Positions 9,890 through 19,370 of a stretch of 64,000 bases of DNA are shown here, piece after piece. This DNA comes from a virus, in IMG/VR virus record IMGVR_UViG_3300042519_001676, positions 20,295-84,294 of that record. One strand, written 5' to 3'. The notes beneath the pieces are model-generated. The model saw only the letters and a list, made by a program, of their open reading frames with translations. It was not told where the DNA came from and did not search any database. A program made the position numbers and the translations under genes. Each line of letters starts with the position of its first letter. Position 1 is the stretch's first letter.

Positions 9890-10552
9890 TTATTGAGCGA
9901 GTTCTGCCAACATGTGATAATGTAGATCGTACATTTCTAGGCCGTTGTGCTTGCCGTCAAAAATTCTATAGGGCTCGCCGCGGTACCCTGAAAACTTGTG
10001 TTCAGTTACTACATAGCCTTGTTCATTTAAGAAATTTACCACTTCTTCATATTTGACTTCATCAAAATACATGTGAAAATGGAACTCAATTGCTAGTGTA
10101 GGTTTAAACTTTTGAATAAATTCTTTGCCGCCTAGTATGACATCTAAGTCACTGCCTTCGGTGTCAATTTTTACAAGAATATTGTCACCAACTTTTGCTT
10201 CGTCAGATAGACTATCAAGAGTTATTGTCCTGATTCCTTCTTCTGTGCGGTCAATATTTTCGTATAAGTCTTTACCAAATACCGTAAATTGTCCCGAATC
10301 TGCAGAAGGGGTAGAAATTGATTTTACCTGATCTAACTCATTTGAACAGATATTTTTTAAGAATTTTACCTTGTTCTGTTGATCATTTATTTTGATTTTT
10401 GCAGCATCCAGTGCTTCAGTTGATGGCTCAACAAAGATAATTTTAGAATAGTCGTTGTATAACTGCGACGACCACATACCTACGTTCCCACCAATATCGA
10501 TGAATAAATCACCTTGGAAATCGTATTCAAATGATTCAATTTTTTTTAACAT
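9890..10552 (-). CDS. FkbM-family SAM-dependent methyltransferase
   Basis: FIDIGGNVG, FVEP, TITLDSL, VKIDTEGSDLDVILG, LAIEFH. Confidence 0.85.
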   Translation of the reverse strand: MLKKIESFEYDFQGDLFIDIGGNVGMWSSQLYNDYSKIIFVEPSTEALDAAKIKINDQQNKVKFLKNICSNELDQVKSISTPSADSGQFTVFGKDLYENIDRTEEGIRTITLDSLSDEAKVGDNILVKIDTEGSDLDVILGGKEFIQKFKPTLAIEFHFHMYFDEVKYEEVVNFLNEQGYVVTEHKFSGYRGEPYRIFDGKHNGLEMYDLHYHMLAELAQ

Positions 10553-10601
10553 TGCAACCTCATTAGCTAATCAATTAATTATCTATTAAGGTTGCTGTGA
10601 C

Positions 10602-12542
10602 TTAAATTCTTGAAAGACCTGCTAGTTTTTTAATAGCTTCGAACTGCATTGTGGCTTCTTGTTGACTACGCATTGCTTCAGTTTTGGCCTGCATTTCTTC
10701 AACATACTTCTCTACAAGTTTGCCAACATGATCGCCAAATTGCTTGCCAGCCATAATGCCTAACTCAGTAGGACCTTTACGCCACTCGCCTAAACCCTGT
10801 TCTTGGGCGTGTTTATTATAGAAAGGTTTGATAAATTCTACAATTTCTTTCATTGACGGGCTACGACCTTCTGGCTTGCTTTCTTGATTTTCCATGTCTT
10901 CACCTTCTTCAGGCGTGTTATCCATGTTTCTCAATTCTGATAATGTATCACCTACAAAGTCTTCGTCATAGCTGATCATGTGACGTGCATGTTTTGGACT
11001 CATGTCAAGATGTTTAACTAATATCATGCCAATAGCACTGATCAATTCGTTTTCTTTTGCAGAATCGTATTTGATACCTTTATCAAAAAGAATTTTAGCA
11101 ACCTGATAGCTTGTGCGATCTTCTGGGGCTTCCGCAACAGGTTGATCGACTGGCATTTCTGCAGGAGGTGCGGCTGGAGGCATTTCTGCAGGTGCAGGTG
11201 CAGGTTCAGCCGGCTGCTCTCCGCTTAGTTCTTGTGCAGCTTCTGGATCATCTTTCATCAGCCAAGATAAAATTGTGCCTTTAGGATCACCCTCTGGGTT
11301 TAATTGTGCGGCTGCTGTTAGTGCATTCTCTAGTGCATCATTAAACACTCCAATACCTTGCAGTGCTTCAATAGCACCGGTTGCATCTGGGCCGCCAAAT
11401 GTTAAACCGTTGTCTAATAGATCTTTCAATGCCATAATAGTGTCAGGCTCTAGTGTACCTTCAGATACAGAGGTTGCCCAAGACTCAAATGCAGCAAAGT
11501 CATCAACTGGCATTGTTTCTTCACTAATATCTTCTTCAACTTCACCAAAACTTTCAAGATCAATTTCACTTGTTTCTTGCATAATTTTGTGGATCAGTGG
11601 AAAGTATTGTGCCAAGTCTTCTTTGAAATTCTTAACTGTAAACTTACTCTTGTAGTCTTCCATAGTGGCTTGATCTAACACAAAGCCGTCATCTTCATTA
11701 GATGGTTGAAGAGATTCTACCCATGATTCATAAAATTTCTGTCCGCCAAGTCCTTCGATTACTTTACGAATTTGTTCAAGTTTTACTTGACTGCGTTCAA
11801 GAATTTCATTTACTTCTTGATTCATGCCGTCGTGGTGTCCTACATGTCTTTTAAATGCAACTAGCTGACTTACTTTTTCGCTTAGAGAAATAATTTCTTT
11901 GCCTGCATCGTCGTACGGTCTGCCACCATTTGATACATGACGTTGCATTGCTTTAGCACCAGCCAAGTGGATGAAAGGATACTTAAAACGTTCACCGTCG
12001 GAGTTTTCAATATATAAGGAATTAATATTTCTACTTCTTGCACCCTTCTGTGTTTCGTCAACTACTTTAGAGTGACGTACAATCAGTCTAGTGTTTTCTA
12101 GTTTTCTCATGCTGGTCTTTGGACCTCTACCAATCATTGCAGACTCGTTCATATTGTTTTCCTTCGTTCCTGTTTGTGCAAGATATTGAAAATCATTCTT
12201 GTTTAAATTGCTTTTTGTAATGTCTCTAGTGTCAAATCGTAGCATTCTACGTTTGGCAAAATAACGCATTTCTCTTAAAAATTCATACCACTCATTAAGA
12301 GTAATAGTGTCTACGTCCTCAGTAATACCTTGACTATAGAAAACTTTTAAGCTGCCTAAATCGTTAATTGAAACACTAACACGACCTAAATTGTTGCCTT
12401 CAATGACAAAATCAAAGTCAAAAAATCGTGCATCTTTCGGTGCGGTGGTTATTGTGCCCTCGGCGTCACCCATCTCAACATTAGTGAAACGGCCGCGTAC
12501 TTTGTCAAAGACGTCTTGTGCAATAAATTCGATGATATTCAT
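10602..12542 (-). CDS. Hypothetical protein, probable head-associated
   Basis: Start moved to MNIIEF, TAAATA 7 nt upstream; acidic, Pro/Ala linker, ends FEAIKKLAGLSRI; follows terminase. Confidence 0.7.
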   Translation of the reverse strand: MNIIEFIAQDVFDKVRGRFTNVEMGDAEGTITTAPKDARFFDFDFVIEGNNLGRVSVSINDLGSLKVFYSQGITEDVDTITLNEWYEFLREMRYFAKRRMLRFDTRDITKSNLNKNDFQYLAQTGTKENNMNESAMIGRGPKTSMRKLENTRLIVRHSKVVDETQKGARSRNINSLYIENSDGERFKYPFIHLAGAKAMQRHVSNGGRPYDDAGKEIISLSEKVSQLVAFKRHVGHHDGMNQEVNEILERSQVKLEQIRKVIEGLGGQKFYESWVESLQPSNEDDGFVLDQATMEDYKSKFTVKNFKEDLAQYFPLIHKIMQETSEIDLESFGEVEEDISEETMPVDDFAAFESWATSVSEGTLEPDTIMALKDLLDNGLTFGGPDATGAIEALQGIGVFNDALENALTAAAQLNPEGDPKGTILSWLMKDDPEAAQELSGEQPAEPAPAPAEMPPAAPPAEMPVDQPVAEAPEDRTSYQVAKILFDKGIKYDSAKENELISAIGMILVKHLDMSPKHARHMISYDEDFVGDTLSELRNMDNTPEEGEDMENQESKPEGRSPSMKEIVEFIKPFYNKHAQEQGLGEWRKGPTELGIMAGKQFGDHVGKLVEKYVEEMQAKTEAMRSQQEATMQFEAIKKLAGLSRI

Positions 12543-12555
12543 ATTAGCGTATTTA

Positions 12556-14142
12556 TTAATAATGTGATACAAATATCGGCATGGGCAGATCAATATCGTC
12601 CATTGCCCTATCTTCTACCATTCGATCGTACACTGTAGGATCCCAATCACCTAACTGGCTGATCATCCGTACTGCTAGTAGCGTAGAAGATACTAGATCG
12701 TCGTGTTCATTGGTTTTTGCTTCAAAACTAATGCCTTTTGCAATATAAGTTTTAAGCTCACTGATTAGGGCTTTACTTTTAATTTTTAAACGTTTTTGTT
12801 CAATTAACTGCTTGAGCTTTGCACACGCGGATATTTTGCTTACATTTGTAGTGTTAAAACCTCTGCGGAATCGTCTCACGTGCCCTTTCTTAATGGGCTC
12901 GCTCATAAACATTCCGGGTATAGTTTCTTCGCCCATTTCGTTAATTGCAACTAGAGCAGCTTCTCCAACAGTATTGTTTTCTACTGAGTAATAGATCTGG
13001 CCTCTATTTTCGCTCTTTGAGCATTCATTATCGATGTGCTTGCAAATATCTCGCATGATTCTAACCTGCTGTTGAACTGGAGTAGTATTGTGATTCCACT
13101 CGCCTACTTGTTCAAAGCTAGGTACTTCAAATATCTGAAGTGCTGCATAATCCCCGCCCGTGCCCAGGCTTGGATCAAGAGACACAACATATATACTGTT
13201 AGGATCTATCTTCTTGTACCACCTTACCTGACCCATTTTCATGATCGGGTCAACACCTTCTAGATCAGATAATGTAATACTATTAATCAGAGTTTCGTCA
13301 AAAATCAAGAATTCGCAATCGTGTTCTCGACGGAATCTCTCCTCACCAATACGGGATTTTTCAGTGTCAGCCCACTCTTGGTCTCTGTCTGGATGCTCTC
13401 TCCAAAATGCTCTAAAGGGGAAGAATCCGTTACGACCAACTTCTTGTTCGTTCCCGTATTCGTCAAATTTCTTGTTTGCTTCTTTCCAGATCTGTGCAAA
13501 CTGATCTTCGTCACTGTTTGGCGTAGAAGTAATAATCGCCTTACCACCAGTAGCTAGTGTAGGGCTAATAGACGTCCAGAATTCTGTAGCAATGTTAGGT
13601 TCAACGAATGCAAACTCATCAGCGTATAGTAAGGACAAAGATAAACCTCGACCAGTAGTCGGAGTAGTTGTCTGTGCAATAATACGTGAACCGTTGTCAA
13701 ATTCAATGCTCTGTTTATTGTAACTCTTTACACCGCAACGAATATGATCGGGACATAATTCGTATGCATAACGAATACGCGACATAATTTCCTGGGCACC
13801 TGTATACTTGTGAGCTGCAACTAAGATAGTTGAATCAGGAATAAACATAGCGTACCATAACAGGTAGCCCGCCGCGGTAGTAGTTTTACCTGTTTGACGT
13901 GGTAGTAAATTTACATTAAATCGATGATCGTGATAACTGTCGATTAATCTTATCTGATATTCGAACGGTACATACTTCATCTTACCCTTAACTGGATGTT
14001 GGATGTAGAAGAAATTATCAAGAAAATAATGAGGGCCAATTACTGAATCAGTACATTTCATTAAATCTTCGATGTCCTGTTCTGTCCATTTCTGTGTAGA
14101 ATAGGGCTTCTTGATTAAGTTATCGTATTTGTTAGCTGACAT
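12556..14142 (-). CDS. Terminase large subunit (T4 gp17-like)
   Basis: LPRQTGKTT Walker A, LLYADEFAF Walker B, ITSTPN, VSLDPS and HDDLV nuclease motifs. Confidence 0.95.
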   Translation of the reverse strand: MSANKYDNLIKKPYSTQKWTEQDIEDLMKCTDSVIGPHYFLDNFFYIQHPVKGKMKYVPFEYQIRLIDSYHDHRFNVNLLPRQTGKTTTAAGYLLWYAMFIPDSTILVAAHKYTGAQEIMSRIRYAYELCPDHIRCGVKSYNKQSIEFDNGSRIIAQTTTPTTGRGLSLSLLYADEFAFVEPNIATEFWTSISPTLATGGKAIITSTPNSDEDQFAQIWKEANKKFDEYGNEQEVGRNGFFPFRAFWREHPDRDQEWADTEKSRIGEERFRREHDCEFLIFDETLINSITLSDLEGVDPIMKMGQVRWYKKIDPNSIYVVSLDPSLGTGGDYAALQIFEVPSFEQVGEWNHNTTPVQQQVRIMRDICKHIDNECSKSENRGQIYYSVENNTVGEAALVAINEMGEETIPGMFMSEPIKKGHVRRFRRGFNTTNVSKISACAKLKQLIEQKRLKIKSKALISELKTYIAKGISFEAKTNEHDDLVSSTLLAVRMISQLGDWDPTVYDRMVEDRAMDDIDLPMPIFVSHY

Positions 14143-14147
14143 GTGAA

Positions 14148-14153
14148 TATTTA
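14148..14153 (-). promoter_or_regulatory. Late promoter TAAATA
   Basis: TAAATA-ttcac-ATG, no Shine-Dalgarno. Confidence 0.65.
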
Positions 14154-14156
14154 CCG

Positions 14157-14184
14157 AAAAAAATAGCCTCCTAAGAGGCTATTT
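14157..14184 (-). terminator. Rho-independent terminator
   Basis: AAATAGCCTC-ttag-GAGGCTATTT then T-run, after the stop at 14201. Confidence 0.85.
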
Positions 14185-14200
14185 GGTTAATCCAAATGGA

Positions 14201-15190
14201 TTACTTTCTTGGGCTAGAGAAAACTTTAGCACCAACCCTTTCGTTTCGTTTGTCGTTAGCTTCTTTATTAGCGGCCTTGCCGGGCTCTTTTGACTTACGG
14301 ATAAACGCAGGAACGTCTTCAGGTTTCGGACCTTCTGCAACAAACTTTCTATAATCATCCATTAGCTTAGATTCAAATGCAGCCACCGGGCTAGCAGTCT
14401 CTTCCTTCTTTTTTGCGTTCGGATCGGGCATTGGATTAGAACCACTGTTCGGCGGAGTATAATCAAAATCACGAACTTTGTTTACTACATGTGCAAAGTC
14501 GTTAGGGTTATAATCGCGTGTCTTTGGATCAGGTGTATTATCATACCCTTCGTCTTCTGGCTTTCCGTTATCACGTGCATTTAACTTGTCAGTTGTGCTG
14601 CCTTTAATAGGTTCGTCGCTAGTAACCTTAACTGGCATATCTGTGGAGATTTTTACTGGTTGCCCTGTGCGAATCTTTTTAATAATGTCAGCTAATTCGT
14701 CTGCACCGCTATCGTCTATGTTTGCAGGAGGCTCAGCAGTTAATGGGCCATCATCTGGTTGCTCAAGATCGTGATCCGTCATATCATGATCACCATCCAT
14801 GTCAACATCGCCCAATGCTTTCATCATAGGATCCATTCCTGGCATACCCATTGTAGCACTAGGAGTATCAGTTTTAGCCAGATCCATAATGCCACGCATC
14901 ATAGAAACAATTTCTTGTGCATTGCCAGCACTCATGTTAATACTAGCTGGCATCTGAGGTGCCATATTCATTGGAGACCCCATGCCCATCATACCGCATT
15001 CTGCAAGTGCAGACTCATTAAGTTGTTTCTTAAAACCGCTTAATGCTCTTAGCTCGGACATATCTGGCTCAGGTAGATTCAATTCTACTTCTTTGCTTTC
15101 TGTTAAGACTGCTGGCTTTTCAACTAGTGCAGGCTGTGCGTTGCTGCCGTTTAGGCTAGACAATTTTTTAAGTATGTTTAACATTTCCAT
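14201..15190 (-). CDS. Hypothetical low-complexity protein, probable internal head protein
   Basis: Start MEMLNIL with SD AAGGA; Met/Pro/Asp-rich; LTES, LNES, FES motifs. Confidence 0.65.
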   Translation of the reverse strand: MEMLNILKKLSSLNGSNAQPALVEKPAVLTESKEVELNLPEPDMSELRALSGFKKQLNESALAECGMMGMGSPMNMAPQMPASINMSAGNAQEIVSMMRGIMDLAKTDTPSATMGMPGMDPMMKALGDVDMDGDHDMTDHDLEQPDDGPLTAEPPANIDDSGADELADIIKKIRTGQPVKISTDMPVKVTSDEPIKGSTTDKLNARDNGKPEDEGYDNTPDPKTRDYNPNDFAHVVNKVRDFDYTPPNSGSNPMPDPNAKKKEETASPVAAFESKLMDDYRKFVAEGPKPEDVPAFIRKSKEPGKAANKEANDKRNERVGAKVFSSPRK

Positions 15191-15203
15191 ATTCGTATTT
15201 CCT

Positions 15204-15722
15204 TTATTGACCCGAAGTAGGGATCTGTTCCCCACGCTCTTTGCGTCTAGCTGCGGCATCTGCATTTAACTGTTTCAAAAATGATGTATTATATTTTTCA
15301 CCGTAGTAATCATCAAACTTTGCATTAGGCAATTCTTTGTACTCACTATCTGTTAGTAACGCACCTTCTCTCTTTTCTACGGGTTCTTGATATTCTTCCG
15401 ACGGCTCTAATGGGCTACGTACTACCATGTAGTTTTCGTTAATGCCTAATTCTGCTGTCAGATATTTGTGTAATTCATTTGCAGTAGTTGGGTAATTAAG
15501 AGAGATTTCGTAGATACTAACTTCTGCATTTTTAATTTTTGGAAAGTCTAGTGGTAATTGCTGGATAGGAGTTTTGCCTTTTTTGCTAAACTCAGCTACG
15601 CTGAAACGTTCTAATAAACCCTTCATCTTTGCTTCTGATTCAGAGGTGCATTCTTGTGCGACTTTAATTTTAAAATCGTATTTTTTTACAGACTCTGTAA
15701 GATATTCTTTAAATGATCTCAT
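15204..15722 (-). CDS. Hypothetical virion protein
   Basis: MRSFKEYLTES N-terminus typical of processed T4-like head proteins; SD AGGA and TAAATA at 15740-15745. Confidence 0.7.
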   Translation of the reverse strand: MRSFKEYLTESVKKYDFKIKVAQECTSESEAKMKGLLERFSVAEFSKKGKTPIQQLPLDFPKIKNAEVSIYEISLNYPTTANELHKYLTAELGINENYMVVRSPLEPSEEYQEPVEKREGALLTDSEYKELPNAKFDDYYGEKYNTSFLKQLNADAAARRKERGEQIPTSGQ

Positions 15723-15738
15723 GGTGATTTCCTATGCT

Positions 15739-16206
15739 TTATTTATCCAGATTTTTAAGTTTTGCAATGAGGCTGTTACGGTCTGTAATCAGCACTCCTT
15801 CAGCTTGTACTGACTCAGGATTTGCATTACCTTCTTTTTTATCTACAGCATATTTTTTTAGCTGTAATTCTACCATTTTTAACTTTTTATCAATTTTTGC
15901 ACTTTTGGCAGTGATTGCGGCATTTAGCATATTGCCTGCAACTTCAAACATGCGGGCACCGTAACGTGCTTCGACGTTCATACCTAGATCCATTAGATCG
16001 TCGTAGGCTTTTTCAGCTTTGTTTGCTAGTGCATCTAATTCACTATCGCTAATGTCGCCAAGTCCTTTAACACGAGGTAAGGCTGCTGAAATTTTGTCAA
16101 ATTCTTCTAGTTTTTCTTGTAAGGAAATTGTTATAGGTTCGGCAGGAATAACTACTTCCTCGTTATCTTGCGGCAAATTAAAAAGTTCTTCAAGTTTCTT
16201 TGTCAT
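15739..16206 (-). CDS. Probable terminase small subunit
   Basis: 155-aa helical protein, ARMFEVAGNML, ITDRNSLI; near large terminase; TAAGTA 5 nt upstream. Confidence 0.55.
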   Translation of the reverse strand: MTKKLEELFNLPQDNEEVVIPAEPITISLQEKLEEFDKISAALPRVKGLGDISDSELDALANKAEKAYDDLMDLGMNVEARYGARMFEVAGNMLNAAITAKSAKIDKKLKMVELQLKKYAVDKKEGNANPESVQAEGVLITDRNSLIAKLKNLDK

Positions 16207-16214
16207 AATATTAC

Positions 16215-16655
16215 TTATCGCTTTTTACTGCCATTATGGAAAATATCACGCTCGCTTACTACTCTAAACTGTATTCCACGGGCTTTACACCATGCACTGG
16301 CTGCTTCCCATTTTGCCATATTTTTTACATAAGCTGCTTGATTATGGGGGTTCTTGCCCACAGATTCTTTTACTGCTTGATTGTTGGGTTTAATTTCTAT
16401 CATTTCCGCATGACGTTTTTGATTCTTATCCGAATAGACGATTAAAAAATCCGGAACGTATACTGTATTCTTTCCGGTGAGCGGATCTCTATAAGGAATC
16501 TTAACAGCTTCACTAGCCCACTGCTCTATTGCAGGGTTGTTGTCGCAGAACAGCATAAACGTATGTTCCCAACTTGATCTATAAACAGGATCATGTTGCC
16601 CCACAAATTTTTCAGGATTTTTGGGAATGTATCGACCTTTAGCTGTGTTTCTCAT
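16215..16655 (-). CDS. Head completion nuclease (T4 gp4-like, TnsA-type PD-(D/E)xK)
   Basis: PKNPEKF, YRSSWE, WASE, YVPDF, IEIKP, KWEAA. Confidence 0.85.
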   Translation of the reverse strand: MRNTAKGRYIPKNPEKFVGQHDPVYRSSWEHTFMLFCDNNPAIEQWASEAVKIPYRDPLTGKNTVYVPDFLIVYSDKNQKRHAEMIEIKPNNQAVKESVGKNPHNQAAYVKNMAKWEAASAWCKARGIQFRVVSERDIFHNGSKKR

Positions 16656-17026
16656 TAGGGTAAAATGTTACGTTTAACCACTTCAACGGGTGTAATGTTT
16701 TGTGTTGTGCCCAATACACTGGTCTTAAATCTATTGAAATTTAATATTTCCGATACTAACTGGCTCAGCTCAACATTTCCTAAATTTTTCATAGAATCGA
16801 GAACGTTCATCGGATTAAAGCTGTCACGCTTGGCCTGCATCATAATTGTTATGGCAATATTTTCTGCAGATTCGTCGCTGAATCCTTTGTTAGACAATAG
16901 CCCTTTCATTGCGGTCAACGTGTCGTTATGTAATTGAACAGGTAAATCATTATATTGATTTAAGTTCTTGTTTGATAAATCACTTGCAGACCTTGCTGCT
17001 TGTTTAGGTGGTATATTGGTATACAT
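16655..17026 (-). CDS. Hypothetical protein
   Basis: 123-aa ORF TAATG-coupled on both sides. Confidence 0.65.
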   Translation of the reverse strand: MYTNIPPKQAARSASDLSNKNLNQYNDLPVQLHNDTLTAMKGLLSNKGFSDESAENIAITIMMQAKRDSFNPMNVLDSMKNLGNVELSQLVSEILNFNRFKTSVLGTTQNITPVEVVKRNILP

Positions 17027-18642
17027 TATGCAAAATATGTAGTTGTTGAATCGTCGTCATCTTCTTGGACTTCGTATACTTCTGCTTCTGAAACATCTAT
17101 GTCTTCTGTGTCTGAGAATCGAGTTTCGGCATTTAGCCTTTCAGTTTCGAACGGATCGTCGGCACCTATTGTTTCATCTGAATTTTCAGAAGCTTCTGCC
17201 TCTGCTAGTAATGTTTCTAATTCTGCATCTTCTAAAGCAATAGTGTTTAAACTTGATGTTAATTTATCAGGATCTGTGTAGCCAAGCTCATCAAATTCTG
17301 CATAGATTGCTTCTACTGCTTCAGGGTCCCCGTCTGCTGCTGCAATCCTTGCATCTAGTTCGCCTTTTAAACTGCGACTTTGTGCAATCTGTGCGGAAAT
17401 ATCTGAGGCCAATGCTGCTTTTTCTGCACGAGCAGTTGCAATTGCGGCAGATGTGCCGGCAGCACTAGACGGCAACAATCCTTTGATTGCGTTTCCGATC
17501 TTATCAGTTAATCCGCCAACTGCTCCGCCGATGCCTGCCGCTAATCCGCCTAAATTAAAGCCACCGCCACCGGCCTGCTGCGACCTAGGTACTGCGGTAG
17601 TAGGCATCTCTCCTGGTAATGTTGCTAGAGAAAGTCCAGCAGGACTTTTTCCAGTTAACACATCAGGTAACTTTCCAGTTCTTGCAACTTTGTCTAAAAT
17701 TCCGTAACCTTCTGATAAGATACTTGCCTTGGAGATATTCTTAGCATTGTTAAAAATTGCAGCGGCACCTCTTGCAGTTTTGAATAATCCTAACGGACTT
17801 GCATCACCTGCACCGCCAAATATTTCTCCAATTCCGGGGATAATGCCGCCTGGCCCTAATATACTATTGTTGCCGCCGCCAAAAATACTCAATGGGCCGG
17901 GAGTTGTATCGTAATGTATAGTAGCAAACCCAGTAGGGCTATCTCTTTTAATTTGCCCAGTTCCGTACAGTACTGTTTCAAATTGCACAGTCATATTATT
18001 TTCTAACAATTTACTCTGTGTTTGATCTAGTTTATCGTGACTGAAATCTGTAATAATAGGATTGACTAGTACAAACGCTGTAAACTGTTTTCTATTGAGC
18101 TGATAAATTTCAATAGATCTAAAGAAAGGATCTGTTTGCCCATTGTTTAGACCAAACGCTGTGCTTTCGTTAACATTGGTTCCTATCTTTTTATATTTTG
18201 TATCTGCAAATCCTGGGGCAATGGTCAATGCAGAAGTGTTCTTTCCGTCAACAAAATAATAGTTGTAATAGGCTTTCCACATACCAGTAGTGGTGTTATT
18301 GTGATCATCATGAAACGCCATAGCCACTGGTTGATATTCAATTTTACTCTGTACAATAGCTTTTCTATTGTACTGATTAATTGTTTCTGTAGCAATTCTG
18401 TATTTAGGTAGGTCGATATTTTTTACCAGCAAACCTAACTCAGCACCGTTCTTTGTTAAAAACTGTTCAGTGATAGGATTGTTATTTCTGTTGATGTTAA
18501 ACACAACATAATACATGAACCCAGACTTGGGTGCTAGTCTAAAATAGTCATCAACATACAATCTACTCGCATGTTGGTAGTCTTTAACCTGCGTAGTGGT
18601 CGTAAGTGCTTGACCTAGAAAATTAGTGAATGCATTTGCCAT
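17026..18642 (-). CDS. Baseplate/tail-tube initiator-like protein (tube-fold N-terminus, gp48/gp54-like)
   Basis: LVKNIDLPKY..ETINQYNRK..YQPVAMAFHDD resembles tube-family motifs; Gly-rich then acidic C-terminus; next to tube gene. Confidence 0.6.
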   Translation of the reverse strand: MANAFTNFLGQALTTTTQVKDYQHASRLYVDDYFRLAPKSGFMYYVVFNINRNNNPITEQFLTKNGAELGLLVKNIDLPKYRIATETINQYNRKAIVQSKIEYQPVAMAFHDDHNNTTTGMWKAYYNYYFVDGKNTSALTIAPGFADTKYKKIGTNVNESTAFGLNNGQTDPFFRSIEIYQLNRKQFTAFVLVNPIITDFSHDKLDQTQSKLLENNMTVQFETVLYGTGQIKRDSPTGFATIHYDTTPGPLSIFGGGNNSILGPGGIIPGIGEIFGGAGDASPLGLFKTARGAAAIFNNAKNISKASILSEGYGILDKVARTGKLPDVLTGKSPAGLSLATLPGEMPTTAVPRSQQAGGGGFNLGGLAAGIGGAVGGLTDKIGNAIKGLLPSSAAGTSAAIATARAEKAALASDISAQIAQSRSLKGELDARIAAADGDPEAVEAIYAEFDELGYTDPDKLTSSLNTIALEDAELETLLAEAEASENSDETIGADDPFETERLNAETRFSDTEDIDVSEAEVYEVQEDDDDSTTTYFA

Positions 18643-18658
18643 AGTAATATTTAGCCGT

Positions 18659-18681
18659 AAAAAAAGGCCCCCTAAAGGGCC
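18659..18681 (-). terminator. Rho-independent terminator after tail tube gene
   Basis: GGCCC-tttagg-GGGCC then T7; followed by TAAATA at 18648-18653. Confidence 0.8.
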
Positions 18682-18699
18682 AATCTTTGAACAGGTTAA

Positions 18700-19338
18700 T
18701 TAACCTGTTGCTAAGGAAGATAATGTTCTTCCTACAGTAGCTCCTAAGCCAACTGGTTGACCTGAAGGTCCGATCTGTAGTGCGTTATCGTATTGGATTG
18801 TAAGTGCAATCTCCATCGGAGCACTCTCAGCATATGCCAATTCGTTATAGTTTACTGACTGCAAATAGCAACCATAAACTTCCCATGTTTCTAATACGTT
18901 AGCTGCCCAATTTGCATTGTCGCCATTGCCGCCGTCAAGCATCTCAATACGAGTTAAGAACTTGTATTCAGCACCTGCTGCTGCACTTGCTTGTTCAAAG
19001 AAATCAAACTGCTTCTGTAGTTGTTCGCCAACTAACTTAGTAACGTTGCCTTGAGCATCGTCGCGAAGAGTCAAGTTCATTGGTTGCCATGTGTGCTTAC
19101 CGGCATAGTTAATCTGGCTGTTATACACGTGAATTGTTTGATTTTCAAACTGAACTTGCGGTCTAGCTGCCGTTACAACTTGCTTGGTTAGCTCAGTGGT
19201 AGGTTTTGTAACACCAAAATTTTCTAGTGATACACGGAAGCGATACTTCAACTTCGGCATCAATAGACCTTGAACGGTACTACTTTGTCCACCACCTGCT
19301 AGTGGAACTGTGAATCTGCTTAAACTTGCGATTGCCAT
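18700..19338 (-). CDS. Tail tube protein (T4 gp19-like)
   Basis: PKLKYRFRV, YAGKHTWQPMNLTLRDD, WEVYGCY, LTIQYDNA; follows sheath; SD AGGAG. Confidence 0.88.
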   Translation of the reverse strand: MAIASLSRFTVPLAGGGQSSTVQGLLMPKLKYRFRVSLENFGVTKPTTELTKQVVTAARPQVQFENQTIHVYNSQINYAGKHTWQPMNLTLRDDAQGNVTKLVGEQLQKQFDFFEQASAAAGAEYKFLTRIEMLDGGNGDNANWAANVLETWEVYGCYLQSVNYNELAYAESAPMEIALTIQYDNALQIGPSGQPVGLGATVGRTLSSLATG

Positions 19339-19370
19339 CTTATGTGCTCCTTGTCCTTAATATTTACCAA

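Noticed and set aside
4322-14142. Inteins or introns in helicase, recombinase or terminase
   Set aside because: Lengths are normal, motifs contiguous, no splice-junction or homing-endonuclease motifs seen
16215-16655. TnsA-like protein as evidence of a Tn7 transposon
   Set aside because: Matches T4 gp4-type head completion protein in a packaging context; no tnsB/tnsC or transposon ends
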